A model generated the notes under the pieces. It had not been told where the DNA came from and did not search any database. It saw only the letters and a program-made list of their open reading frames with translations. From NCBI GenBank assembly GCA_038245905.1, contig JBBRRY010000016.1, forward strand, positions 4,955 through 68,954: 64,000 nucleotides of DNA. The letters run 5' to 3'. This DNA is from Thermoanaerobaculia bacterium. GTDB taxonomy: Bacteria; Acidobacteriota; Thermoanaerobaculia; UBA5066. Positions 45,416-53,416 of the stretch are shown here, one piece after another (position 1 is the first letter of the stretch; the number at the start of each line of letters is the position of its first letter). The position numbers and the translations under genes are program-made.

Positions 45416-46738
45416 ATGGACGTGGCCCCTTTTTTCCAGTCGGCCGAAAAGAGCGATGCGGGTCTTTCGGCGCTCGCCCGCGGTGTCGTCGGCTCGGAGA
45501 TTCTCCGTATCGCCGGCGAGATCCGCGCGATGCAGGCAAAAGGCCGGCCCGTGTGCAACCTGACGATCGGCGATTTCGATCCGAAGCACTTCCCGATTCC
45601 GCAGCGTCTCCTCGACGGCACACGCGCGGCTCTCGAGACCGGGCAGACGAATTACCCGCCGGCGGAGGGCATCCTGCCGCTTCGTGAAGCCGTCGTGCGC
45701 TTGTACGAGCGGGATCTCGGACTGACGTATCCCGTCGACTCCGTCGTCATCGCGGCCGGAGCCCGTCCGCTTCTCTACGGAGCGTACCGGACGCTCGTGG
45801 ATCCAGGCGACACGACGATTTATCCCGTCCCGACCTGGAACAACAACCACTATGCCTATCTGTCGGGCGCGCACGGGATCGCCGTGCCCGTGACGAAAGA
45901 ATCGAACTTTTTCCCGACGCCTGACCAGCTGCATCCCCACCTCTCCTCGGCGCGGCTCCTCATCCTCAACTCGCCGCTCAACCCAACCGGTACCGTCATC
46001 TCCCGAAGCGCCCTCACCGCGATCACGGAAATGGTCGTGGAGGAGAACCGGCGGCGCGAGAAGGTGGGCGGCAAGCCGCTCTACTTTGTATACGACCAGG
46101 TCTACTGGACTCTCACGTTCGGCGGGGCCGAGCACCACACGCCTGTCGAGGTCGTGAGGGAGAGCGCCCCGTACGTGATCTTTCTCGACGCGATCTCGAA
46201 GGCTTTTTGCGCGACCGGGATGCGCGTCGGCTGGGGTGTCATGCCACCCGCCATTCGCAAGCGCATGTCCGACATCCTCGGGCACATCGGCGCCTGGGCG
46301 CCGAAGGCGGAGCAGGTGGGTGTCGCGGCCCTCCTCGACGACCCTGAGGCTGTCGGCGCGCATCGCGAGTCCGTGCGTCGGAAGCTCGCCGAGCGGCTCG
46401 AGGCCCTCTACGCCGGCGTCATGGCGATGAAGAAGGACGGCTTTCCGGTCGACGCGATCGAGCCGCAGGGGGCTATTTACCTCTCGGCGCGGTTCGACCT
46501 CTTCGGACGGACCGTGAAGGGCGCCCTCGTTCGGACGAACGAGGACGTCCGGCGCCTTCTCCTCGAGGAGGCGGGGCTAGGCGTCGTGCCTTTCGGGGCC
46601 TTCGGCTTCGCGGGCGACACCGGCTGGTTCCGCCTGTCGGTGGGCGCGGTTTCGATGGGCGACATCGCCAATGTCTTTCCGCGGCTGCGGGCCCTTCTCG
46701 CTCAGGCTCCGGCGGTCCGGGCGTCCGCCGTGCGCTGA
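45416..46738 (+). CDS. PLP-dependent aminotransferase class I/II (aspartate/aromatic aminotransferase-like)
   Basis: The fold-type I pattern is present, with the PLP-lysine motif SKAFCATGMRVGW and NYPPAEG. Length is 440 aa. Confidence 0.8.
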   Translation: MDVAPFFQSAEKSDAGLSALARGVVGSEILRIAGEIRAMQAKGRPVCNLTIGDFDPKHFPIPQRLLDGTRAALETGQTNYPPAEGILPLREAVVRLYERDLGLTYPVDSVVIAAGARPLLYGAYRTLVDPGDTTIYPVPTWNNNHYAYLSGAHGIAVPVTKESNFFPTPDQLHPHLSSARLLILNSPLNPTGTVISRSALTAITEMVVEENRRREKVGGKPLYFVYDQVYWTLTFGGAEHHTPVEVVRESAPYVIFLDAISKAFCATGMRVGWGVMPPAIRKRMSDILGHIGAWAPKAEQVGVAALLDDPEAVGAHRESVRRKLAERLEALYAGVMAMKKDGFPVDAIEPQGAIYLSARFDLFGRTVKGALVRTNEDVRRLLLEEAGLGVVPFGAFGFAGDTGWFRLSVGAVSMGDIANVFPRLRALLAQAPAVRASAVR

Positions 46739-46761
46739 CTGGCGGCGCTACACTCCCTTCT

Positions 46762-47433
46762 GTGAAGCAGGACAAGAGGTCGGAGAAGAGCCGGACGGCG
46801 ATTCTCGAAGCGTCGCTTGAGCTGTTCTCGAGCCAGGGCTATCGCGGCACGAGCATCCGCGAGATCGCAGAAGCGGCCGGCGTCTCGACGGGAAACGTCT
46901 ACCACCATTTCCCCGACAAGGAGACGATCTTCCAGACCGTCCTCGGCCAGTACTGGAAGGCGATCCAGAGCCCGGATCTCCCCTTCAACAAGGCGCTCGC
47001 CTCGGGCACGTTTCCCGACAACCTCGAAGAGCTCGCCGCCGCTGCGCGCGAGAGCGTGAGGCTCTGGCGGCGCCACATCGCCCTCATCTACGTCGACGTC
47101 GTCGAACTCTCCGGCAACCACATCCGGAACTTCTACTCGGAGATGGCCTCGCGCTTCGAGAAGTTCATCGTGACGCACGGCGATGTGGTCTCGGGCGAGA
47201 TCCGCCCCGGTGTCCCGGTCACGACCGCGGTCATCCTCGCGAGCCGCGTCTTCCTTCAGTACTACGCGGTCGAGATCCTTTTCGGCGTCCCGGAGCAGTT
47301 CGGCAAGAACAGCGACGTCGTCGTGGGCGAGATCGCGGAGATCCTCCGGTACGGGATGCTGAAGGAGCACGGACTCGCGGCGGCGGCAGCGACGCTGCCG
47401 TCGCTCGCCAGGGCCCGGCGCCAGGCCTCTTAG
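46762..47433 (+). CDS. TetR/AcrR-family transcriptional regulator
   Basis: The N-terminal HTH RTAILEASLELFSSQGYRGTSIREIAEAAGVSTGNVYHHFPDKETIF is present. It converges on the end of the lipid operon, with the stops overlapping by 4 nt. Confidence 0.85.
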   Translation: MKQDKRSEKSRTAILEASLELFSSQGYRGTSIREIAEAAGVSTGNVYHHFPDKETIFQTVLGQYWKAIQSPDLPFNKALASGTFPDNLEELAAAARESVRLWRRHIALIYVDVVELSGNHIRNFYSEMASRFEKFIVTHGDVVSGEIRPGVPVTTAVILASRVFLQYYAVEILFGVPEQFGKNSDVVVGEIAEILRYGMLKEHGLAAAAATLPSLARARRQAS

Positions 47434-48299
47434 GCTCCCCGCTCGCCGCCCAGGAAGCGCCTCAGCAGCGGCCAGTAGACCTCGGGCTTCTCGAGGTAGA
47501 CGACGTGGCCTGCGCCCGCGATCTCCTCGTATCGAGCGTGCGGGATCACGGACAGGATCTTCCGCTGCTGCGCCGGTGGAATCGTGCGGTCCTCGGCGCC
47601 TGCGAGAACGAGGACGGGGCACGGGATCGCGGCGAAGCTTGCCGCCTTCTCCTCGAGCGCCGCGAAGAACGGGTCCTGCGCCTCCGTGAGACGCACGAGC
47701 GCTTCGATGCGGCCGACGTAACGGTCGTGGAAGCCCTTGCGCATCGTTTCGAGCTTCTCGCCCACGCGCGCGACGAACTCCTCGCCGAAGATCTTCTCGT
47801 AGAGGTACCGCGTGTAGAGGTCGAAGAGCGGCTGGCCGCCCGCGTAGAAGCGCAGCGAGAGGTCCTGGTACATCGAGAAGAGCGTCTCTTTCGTCAGGAG
47901 GATTCCCGAGAGCGCCAGCGTGCGGACGCGCGCCGGGTGGCGCCGGGCGAACTCGGCCGCGACGAACCCTCCATACGAGACGCCGACCGCGTGCACGTTC
48001 GCGATCCCGGCCGCATCGAGGATCCCAGCAAGCGCGTCGCCGAAGACGGAGATCGGAGCGTCCGGCAGCGCCGCGTCGTCCGAAGCGCCCTGTCCCAGGT
48101 AGTCGTATAGGAGGACGTCGTGGTCCCCCGTCAGCTCGGGGAGAAACGAGATCCAGCTCTTCGTGGACATCGCGAGGCCGTTGAAGAGACAGACGGTCTC
48201 CCGCGCCCCCGTGCCCCAAAGCTCCCAGTAGTAGCCATGGCCCGCGTGGACCAGCCAGCCCTCCCGGAGCGGCGCAGAGGCGGGCGGGGTTGCGTTCAT
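47430..48299 (-). CDS. Alpha/beta-hydrolase fold protein (1)
   Basis: The nucleophile elbow HAVGVSYGGFVA (GxSxG), HG-like LFNGLAMS and C-terminal AGHVVYLEKPE (catalytic His region) are present. The ATG at 48297-48299 overlaps the next gene (ATGA). Confidence 0.8.
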   Translation of the reverse strand: MNATPPASAPLREGWLVHAGHGYYWELWGTGARETVCLFNGLAMSTKSWISFLPELTGDHDVLLYDYLGQGASDDAALPDAPISVFGDALAGILDAAGIANVHAVGVSYGGFVAAEFARRHPARVRTLALSGILLTKETLFSMYQDLSLRFYAGGQPLFDLYTRYLYEKIFGEEFVARVGEKLETMRKGFHDRYVGRIEALVRLTEAQDPFFAALEEKAASFAAIPCPVLVLAGAEDRTIPPAQQRKILSVIPHARYEEIAGAGHVVYLEKPEVYWPLLRRFLGGERGA

Positions 48300-49099
48300 G
48301 CGGCCCCCGCGGCGCGGCGCACGCGCTCGAGGAAGCGCTCGGCGAGGAGGACGAACTCGTCTTCCCTCTCGACGATCAGCGCGTGACCCGCGCCCTGCAC
48401 GACGACGAGACTCGCGCCGGGAATCGCGACCGCGACGGCCTCGGTCCGCTCGAGAGGCATTGCGGCGTCCCGGCCCGCGGCGACGACGAGAACCGGGCAG
48501 GCGATCTTCGGGAGAACGGGCCTGAGGTCGACCTTCGTGAGCGCCCCAAGGAGGCCCTCGAGGCCCGTAAACCAGGCCTCCGGCAGGAGACCAACCTGGG
48601 CACGCCGGGCCGCGATCTCCTCGGCGTGCGCGGTCTGCCACTCGGGTGTGTAGGCGAGATGCACGATCGCGTCGTAAACGGCCGTTCGGTCGCCGCCCTT
48701 CGAGACGGCGCGGACGGCGTGTGCGAGCCGCATGCCAGCCTCGCCGAGCCCCTCGTGCGCCACGTCCGTGACGGTCACCGCGAGAACGGACCCGACGAGC
48801 TCCGGATGGCGTGCCGCGAGGAGGAGTCCGACGTAGGCGCCGTAAGACGCCGCGACAACGTCGACTCGCGCTTCTCCCAGCGAGTCGAGGAGAGCCGCGA
48901 CGTCGTCCGCGTGCTCTTCCATGGAGGCGCGCGGCGGCCCCGGCGAGAGAAGCTGGCCTCTGAAGTCGCAGCGGATGACGTGGTGCCGCGCCGCGAGACG
49001 CCGCGCGACCGGCTCCCACGCGGAGAGCGACATCATCCCGCCGTTGAGGAGTAACAGCGGCGGACCCTCGCCGTCGACGCGGTGGGTCAGCATGCTCAT
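48296..49099 (-). CDS. Alpha/beta-hydrolase fold protein (2)
   Basis: LLLNGGMMS, VVAASYGAYVG (AxSxG elbow) and GAGHALIVE are present. The start and the upstream stop form a TGATG junction. Confidence 0.8.
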   Translation of the reverse strand: MSMLTHRVDGEGPPLLLLNGGMMSLSAWEPVARRLAARHHVIRCDFRGQLLSPGPPRASMEEHADDVAALLDSLGEARVDVVAASYGAYVGLLLAARHPELVGSVLAVTVTDVAHEGLGEAGMRLAHAVRAVSKGGDRTAVYDAIVHLAYTPEWQTAHAEEIAARRAQVGLLPEAWFTGLEGLLGALTKVDLRPVLPKIACPVLVVAAGRDAAMPLERTEAVAVAIPGASLVVVQGAGHALIVEREDEFVLLAERFLERVRRAAGAA

Positions 49100-50676
49100 C
49101 AGGAAGAAGAAGATTTCTTTGAAAGGTAAAGAGAGCGGAGGTCGCCCTTCACCACTTTGCCGTATGCGGTGCGCGGCAGGGCGTCGACGAAGAGGAATTC
49201 GCGCGGAACCTTATACTTCGCGAGGCGCCGCTCGACGAACGCCGCCAGTTCGGCCTTCTCTTCCTCTTCCCCTCTTACCTTCAAAGAAATCTTCTCTTCT
49301 CTTGCTCTCTCTCTTCGAACGACGAACGCCACCCCGACCTCGCCCCACTTCGCGTCCGGGACGCCGACGACCGCGACGTCCTTCACGCCCGGGTGCTGGA
49401 AGAGCACGCCTTCGATCTCTGCCGGATACACGTTGACACCGCCCGAGATGAGCATGTCTTTCTTGCGGCCGGCGATCGTGAAGAAGCCGTCGGCGTCCTT
49501 CTTCGCGAGATCGCCCGTGTGGAACCAGCCGTCCTCGTCGAGCGCGGCGGCCGTCGCGTCGGCGTTGCGGTAGTAGCCCGCACAGACGTGCGGCCCGCGC
49601 AGCAGCAGCTCGCCGATTTCGCCCACCGGCACCTCGCCTCCGTCCTCGCCGACGAGGCGCGCCCGGGTGAACATCATCGGTCGCCCGATCGATCCGGCCT
49701 TCCGGACGGAGTCCTCGAGGCTCATCGCGAAGCAGTTCACGCCGACCTCCGTGAGGCCGTAGCCCTGCTTGAAGTTCGCGCCGCGTTTGTGCCACGTCTC
49801 GATGATGTCCAGGGGAAGCGGCGCGCCCCCGCTGACGAAGTAGCGGACGCTCGAGAAATCCGCGGACGAGAACGCCGGGTGCTCCTGCAGCATCCGAAAG
49901 ATCGTCGGGACGCCGAGGACGACCGTACAGCGCTCTCTTGCGATCGCGGCGAAGATCTCCTCAGGGTCGAACCCGGCGAAGAGGACGATCGTCCCGCCCA
50001 CCGCGAGGATCGGCGTGAGGAACGCCCCGAGGCCGCCGGCGTGGTAGAGCGGCGTATAGATGGGCGACACGTCGTCCTCGCGCAGCTGCCACGAGACGAC
50101 CGTGTTCACCGCGTTCCACGCGACCATCCGGTGCGGCACCATCACACCCTTCGGCTTGCCCGTGGTGCCGGAGGTGTAGAGGAGGCAGTAGAGATCCTCC
50201 GGATCGGGAGAAGAGAAGATTTCCTTGAAGGTGGTGCGAGCGGCCGGCGCGCCCCCGGGCACCGCACGATGCGGCGCCAGAGCGTCGAGAGGCACGGCCC
50301 TCACCCCTGGACACCTTCTAAGAAGATCTTCAACGGTCTCGTCGAACGTCGCCCCGAAAATCAGCGCCCGCGGCTCGGCGTCCGAAACCACACTCTCCAG
50401 CTCCCCCGCCGTCTGCCGCGTGTTGAGCGGGACAAAAACGACACCGCTCTTGCCGCAAGCAAAGAAGACGTCCAGGAACTCGACGCAGTTGCCCGCGAGG
50501 AGAGCCAGGCGGTCGCCCTTCTTGAGGCCGAGGCCTTCCGTGAGGGTACGCGCGGCCGCCTGCGCCCGGGCGTCCAGCTCGGCGTACGTGAACCTGCGCC
50601 CGGTCGAGATTTCGACGAGTGCTGTCTTCTCCGGCGAGAGCCGCGCGCGCTCGCCGAGTATGTCGCCCCTGATCAT
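49099..50676 (-). CDS. AMP-dependent synthetase/ligase (acyl-CoA synthetase family, OleC/FadD-like)
   Basis: The AMP-binding motif LLYTSGTTGKPKGV, YGLTE, the GEIGELLLRGPHVCAGYY region and a C-terminal lysine-containing tail are present. The ATG at 50674-50676 overlaps the upstream hydrolase stop (ATGA). Confidence 0.85.
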   Translation of the reverse strand: MIRGDILGERARLSPEKTALVEISTGRRFTYAELDARAQAAARTLTEGLGLKKGDRLALLAGNCVEFLDVFFACGKSGVVFVPLNTRQTAGELESVVSDAEPRALIFGATFDETVEDLLRRCPGVRAVPLDALAPHRAVPGGAPAARTTFKEIFSSPDPEDLYCLLYTSGTTGKPKGVMVPHRMVAWNAVNTVVSWQLREDDVSPIYTPLYHAGGLGAFLTPILAVGGTIVLFAGFDPEEIFAAIARERCTVVLGVPTIFRMLQEHPAFSSADFSSVRYFVSGGAPLPLDIIETWHKRGANFKQGYGLTEVGVNCFAMSLEDSVRKAGSIGRPMMFTRARLVGEDGGEVPVGEIGELLLRGPHVCAGYYRNADATAAALDEDGWFHTGDLAKKDADGFFTIAGRKKDMLISGGVNVYPAEIEGVLFQHPGVKDVAVVGVPDAKWGEVGVAFVVRRERAREEKISLKVRGEEEEKAELAAFVERRLAKYKVPREFLFVDALPRTAYGKVVKGDLRSLYLSKKSSSS

Positions 50677-51641
50677 GGCCGGATGACCGCCGCAGGGGCC
50701 GGCGCGACAACCGGCGGCGACGAAACCGTCGGAGCCGGAAGTGGGTCGACAAGGACCTTCATGAGCGCCTCGGCGAAGCGGTCGGCGCACTCGACCTGCG
50801 GGGCATGGCCGCAGCGCTCGATCGTCGTGAGCCGTGCAGCGGGAAGTTGCGCGGCGAGGCGGCGGGCGTAGTCGACGGAAACCATTCTGTCCGACGCACC
50901 CCAGAGGAGATCCGCGGGAACGTCGAAGCCGCCGAGCTTTCCGTCAAGGAGGTAGGCGATCAGGTTCTTCGGCTCCACCGCGAGACGGGCGATCGGACCA
51001 GTCGCCGCGACACGGATGATGTCGTCGACGACGAAGTCGGGGATCATCGGGGCCGACGGATCGCGCAGCGCGGCAAGCGTCCGGTCCGCCTCGGCGCGCG
51101 TCTTCGGCTGGAGCGTGAGGTCAGGCCGGTCGCCGAGGAGCGGGCCGCCGTTCACGAGGACGAGGTGCTGGACCCTCTCGGGATGCTCCTTCGCCCACAC
51201 CGTCGCGACCCACGCGCCGAGCGAGTTTCCGACGAGCGTGACCTTGCCCTGCGGGAGCTCCTTCATGGCGCCGTCGAAGCCCGCGAGGAGCGTCGCGAAC
51301 GGAATCGGTCCGGCGGCCGGCGCGCTGTCTCCGTGCCCCGCGAGGTCCGGGATGACGACGAGGAAGCTTTTCGCGACTCGCGGCGCGACTTTCGCCCAGC
51401 CGCCGGCCTGGTCGCCGGCACCATGGACGAGGACCACGGGCGCGCCGCGGCCTCCGGAGAACACGCGCTGCGGCCCCACGGCCGATGTCTGAAAATGCTT
51501 CTCGAAGCCGGAAAAGGAGAGCCGGCGGCGGCCGAGCCACGCGAGCGTGGCGAGGGGCCTCTTCCAGAAGATCGCCCCCGCCGCCACTCCGAGAAGGAGG
51601 AGAGCGGCGGCGAGGACGAGGACGATCTTCACCGGGCGCCG
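50673..51641 (-). CDS. Alpha/beta-hydrolase fold protein (3) with an N-terminal TM/signal segment
   Basis: VVLVHGAGD, LVGNSLGAWVA (GxSxG) and ERCGHAPQVE (His) are present. The N-terminal hydrophobic segment is KIVLVLAAALLLLGVAAGAIFW. Confidence 0.75.
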   Translation of the reverse strand, partial: RRPVKIVLVLAAALLLLGVAAGAIFWKRPLATLAWLGRRRLSFSGFEKHFQTSAVGPQRVFSGGRGAPVVLVHGAGDQAGGWAKVAPRVAKSFLVVIPDLAGHGDSAPAAGPIPFATLLAGFDGAMKELPQGKVTLVGNSLGAWVATVWAKEHPERVQHLVLVNGGPLLGDRPDLTLQPKTRAEADRTLAALRDPSAPMIPDFVVDDIIRVAATGPIARLAVEPKNLIAYLLDGKLGGFDVPADLLWGASDRMVSVDYARRLAAQLPAARLTTIERCGHAPQVECADRFAEALMKVLVDPLPAPTVSSPPVVAPAPAAVIRP

Positions 51642-51657
51642 CACGGTGCCCCGGAGC

Positions 51658-52653
51658 CTAGACCATCCGGAAGGCGGCGCCCGCCATGTTGTAGCCGACG
51701 CCGGACGCCACGAAGACGACGAGGTCACCGGTCTTGATCTTGCCGAGGGCGCGAGCGTCGTCGAGCGCCATTGCGACGCTCGCCGAGCCGGTATAGCCCC
51801 ATTTCTCCATGACCATGTGGGTCTTTTCCATGGGAAGCCCGAGGTCCTGCATGACGAGCTCGATCGTCGGCTTGCGCACCTGCGTCAGGAGGAGCATGTC
51901 GATGTCGGAGACCGCGAAGCCCCCGTCGGCCGCCATCTGCCGCACGAGCTTCGGCCATCCTTCGTTGTTGAGCTCGGGCGGATAGCGTTCGATCATCTTC
52001 ACGGTCGTGCGGCCGGCCTTGAAGGACTCGTCGGTCACCGGCTCGGCCGTTCCGCCCGAGTGGATCGCCCAGTGCCCGTAATAGGACCCGTCCGCGCGGA
52101 AGCCCGAGGCGACGAAGCCGGGCTTCTCCGACGGCTCGAGCACCGCGGCGCCTGCGCCGTCCCCGAAGAAGAAGATCATCGGGTCGTTCGGGTCCGTGAG
52201 CTTGTGCATCATGTAGGCGCCGACCGCGACGACCGTCTTGAGGGACTTGTTCGTCGCGATGAGGCCTGCGGCCGTCGCAAGGCACGTCGGGAAGGACGCG
52301 CACGCGCAGCCGATGTCGAACGTCCCGGCGTTCTTCGCGCCGAGCTTGTGCTGGACGACGACGGACGTCGCAGGGGTCACGAAGTCCGGCGAGTCCGTGC
52401 CGAGGAGGATGAGGTCCACGTCCTCCGGCTTCTTCCCGGCAGCGTCGAGAGCCTTCCGCGCCGCGCGGACAGCGAGGTCCGACGTCGCCCAGTCGGGCGG
52501 CGCGTACCAGCGGGTCCTGATCCCGCTGCCCGCCTCCATCTTGTCGACGAACTCGGGAGCGGTCGCCTTGAAGCGCTCGCGGAGCGCGTCGTTCGACACC
52601 TCGATCTCCGGCACGTACGAGCCGGTGGAGACGATCCGGGCCGAGCGGCTCAT
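51658..52653 (-). CDS. 3-oxoacyl-ACP synthase III (FabH/KAS III)-like condensing enzyme (thiolase fold; OleA/DarB-like candidates)
   Basis: IVSTGSYVPE, DLILLGTDSPDFVTPA and the nucleophile region TFDIGCACASFPTCLATAAG are present, with a C-terminal GDLVVFVASGVGYNMAGAAFRM. Length is 331 aa. By eye I could not place the canonical His/Asn of FabH with confidence. Confidence 0.75.
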   Translation of the reverse strand: MSRSARIVSTGSYVPEIEVSNDALRERFKATAPEFVDKMEAGSGIRTRWYAPPDWATSDLAVRAARKALDAAGKKPEDVDLILLGTDSPDFVTPATSVVVQHKLGAKNAGTFDIGCACASFPTCLATAAGLIATNKSLKTVVAVGAYMMHKLTDPNDPMIFFFGDGAGAAVLEPSEKPGFVASGFRADGSYYGHWAIHSGGTAEPVTDESFKAGRTTVKMIERYPPELNNEGWPKLVRQMAADGGFAVSDIDMLLLTQVRKPTIELVMQDLGLPMEKTHMVMEKWGYTGSASVAMALDDARALGKIKTGDLVVFVASGVGYNMAGAAFRMV

Positions 52654-53414
52654 GTCCCGAGCACCAGCCCGCCGTCGACCGAGAGCGTTGCCCCGTGGAC
52701 GAACGAGGCCGCGTCGGAAGCGAGCCAGAAATACGCCTCGGCGATGTCCTCGGGCTTCCCCATCCGCCCGACGGGCGTCTTCGCGACCATCCCCGCGATC
52801 ACCTTCTCGGGTATCGCCTTGATGATCTCCGTCGCGACGAAGCCCGGCGCGACCGCGTTGACGCGGATGCCGAACTTCCCGAGCTCACGGGCCCACGTCT
52901 GGGTGAACGAGATGACGCCGGCTTTCGTGGCCGCGTAGTTCGTCTGGCCGAAGTTGCCATAGAGACCGACGACGGAGGACGCGTTCAGGACGACGCCGCT
53001 CCCCTGCTTGATCATCTGCGGGGCGGCGGCTCGCGTGCAGTTGAAGACGCCCCTGAGGTTGACGGCGATCACCTTGTCGAAGTCGGCGTCCGGCATCGTC
53101 GAGACGACGGCACCGTCCTTCCACTTGACGAGCTGGGAGTCGCGGACGATCCCGGCGTTGTTGACGAGAACGTCGACGCGGCCGAAGCGGGCGACGACCT
53201 CTTGGACGGCCTTCTCCACCGCCGCGGAGTCCGTGACGTCCACCTTTCGTCCCTCGGCGTCGAGCGCGCCCGCCGCCTTGAGCTCCGGGGCGAGCGCGGC
53301 GGCTCCCGCCTCGTCCACGTCCCAGGCGGACACGGTGCAGCCGCCCCGAGCGAAGCGAAGGGCCGTGGCGCGGCCGATGCCGGCCGCACCTCCCGTCACG
53401 ATGGCGACGCGCAT
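52650..53414 (-). CDS. Short-chain dehydrogenase/reductase (FabG-like 3-oxoacyl reductase)
   Basis: TGGAAGIGRA (TGxxxGIG), NNAG and YAATKAG (YxxxK) are present. Length is 254 aa. It overlaps the KAS III-like start (ATGA). Confidence 0.85.
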   Translation of the reverse strand: MRVAIVTGGAAGIGRATALRFARGGCTVSAWDVDEAGAAALAPELKAAGALDAEGRKVDVTDSAAVEKAVQEVVARFGRVDVLVNNAGIVRDSQLVKWKDGAVVSTMPDADFDKVIAVNLRGVFNCTRAAAPQMIKQGSGVVLNASSVVGLYGNFGQTNYAATKAGVISFTQTWARELGKFGIRVNAVAPGFVATEIIKAIPEKVIAGMVAKTPVGRMGKPEDIAEAYFWLASDAASFVHGATLSVDGGLVLGT

Positions 53415-53416
53415 CG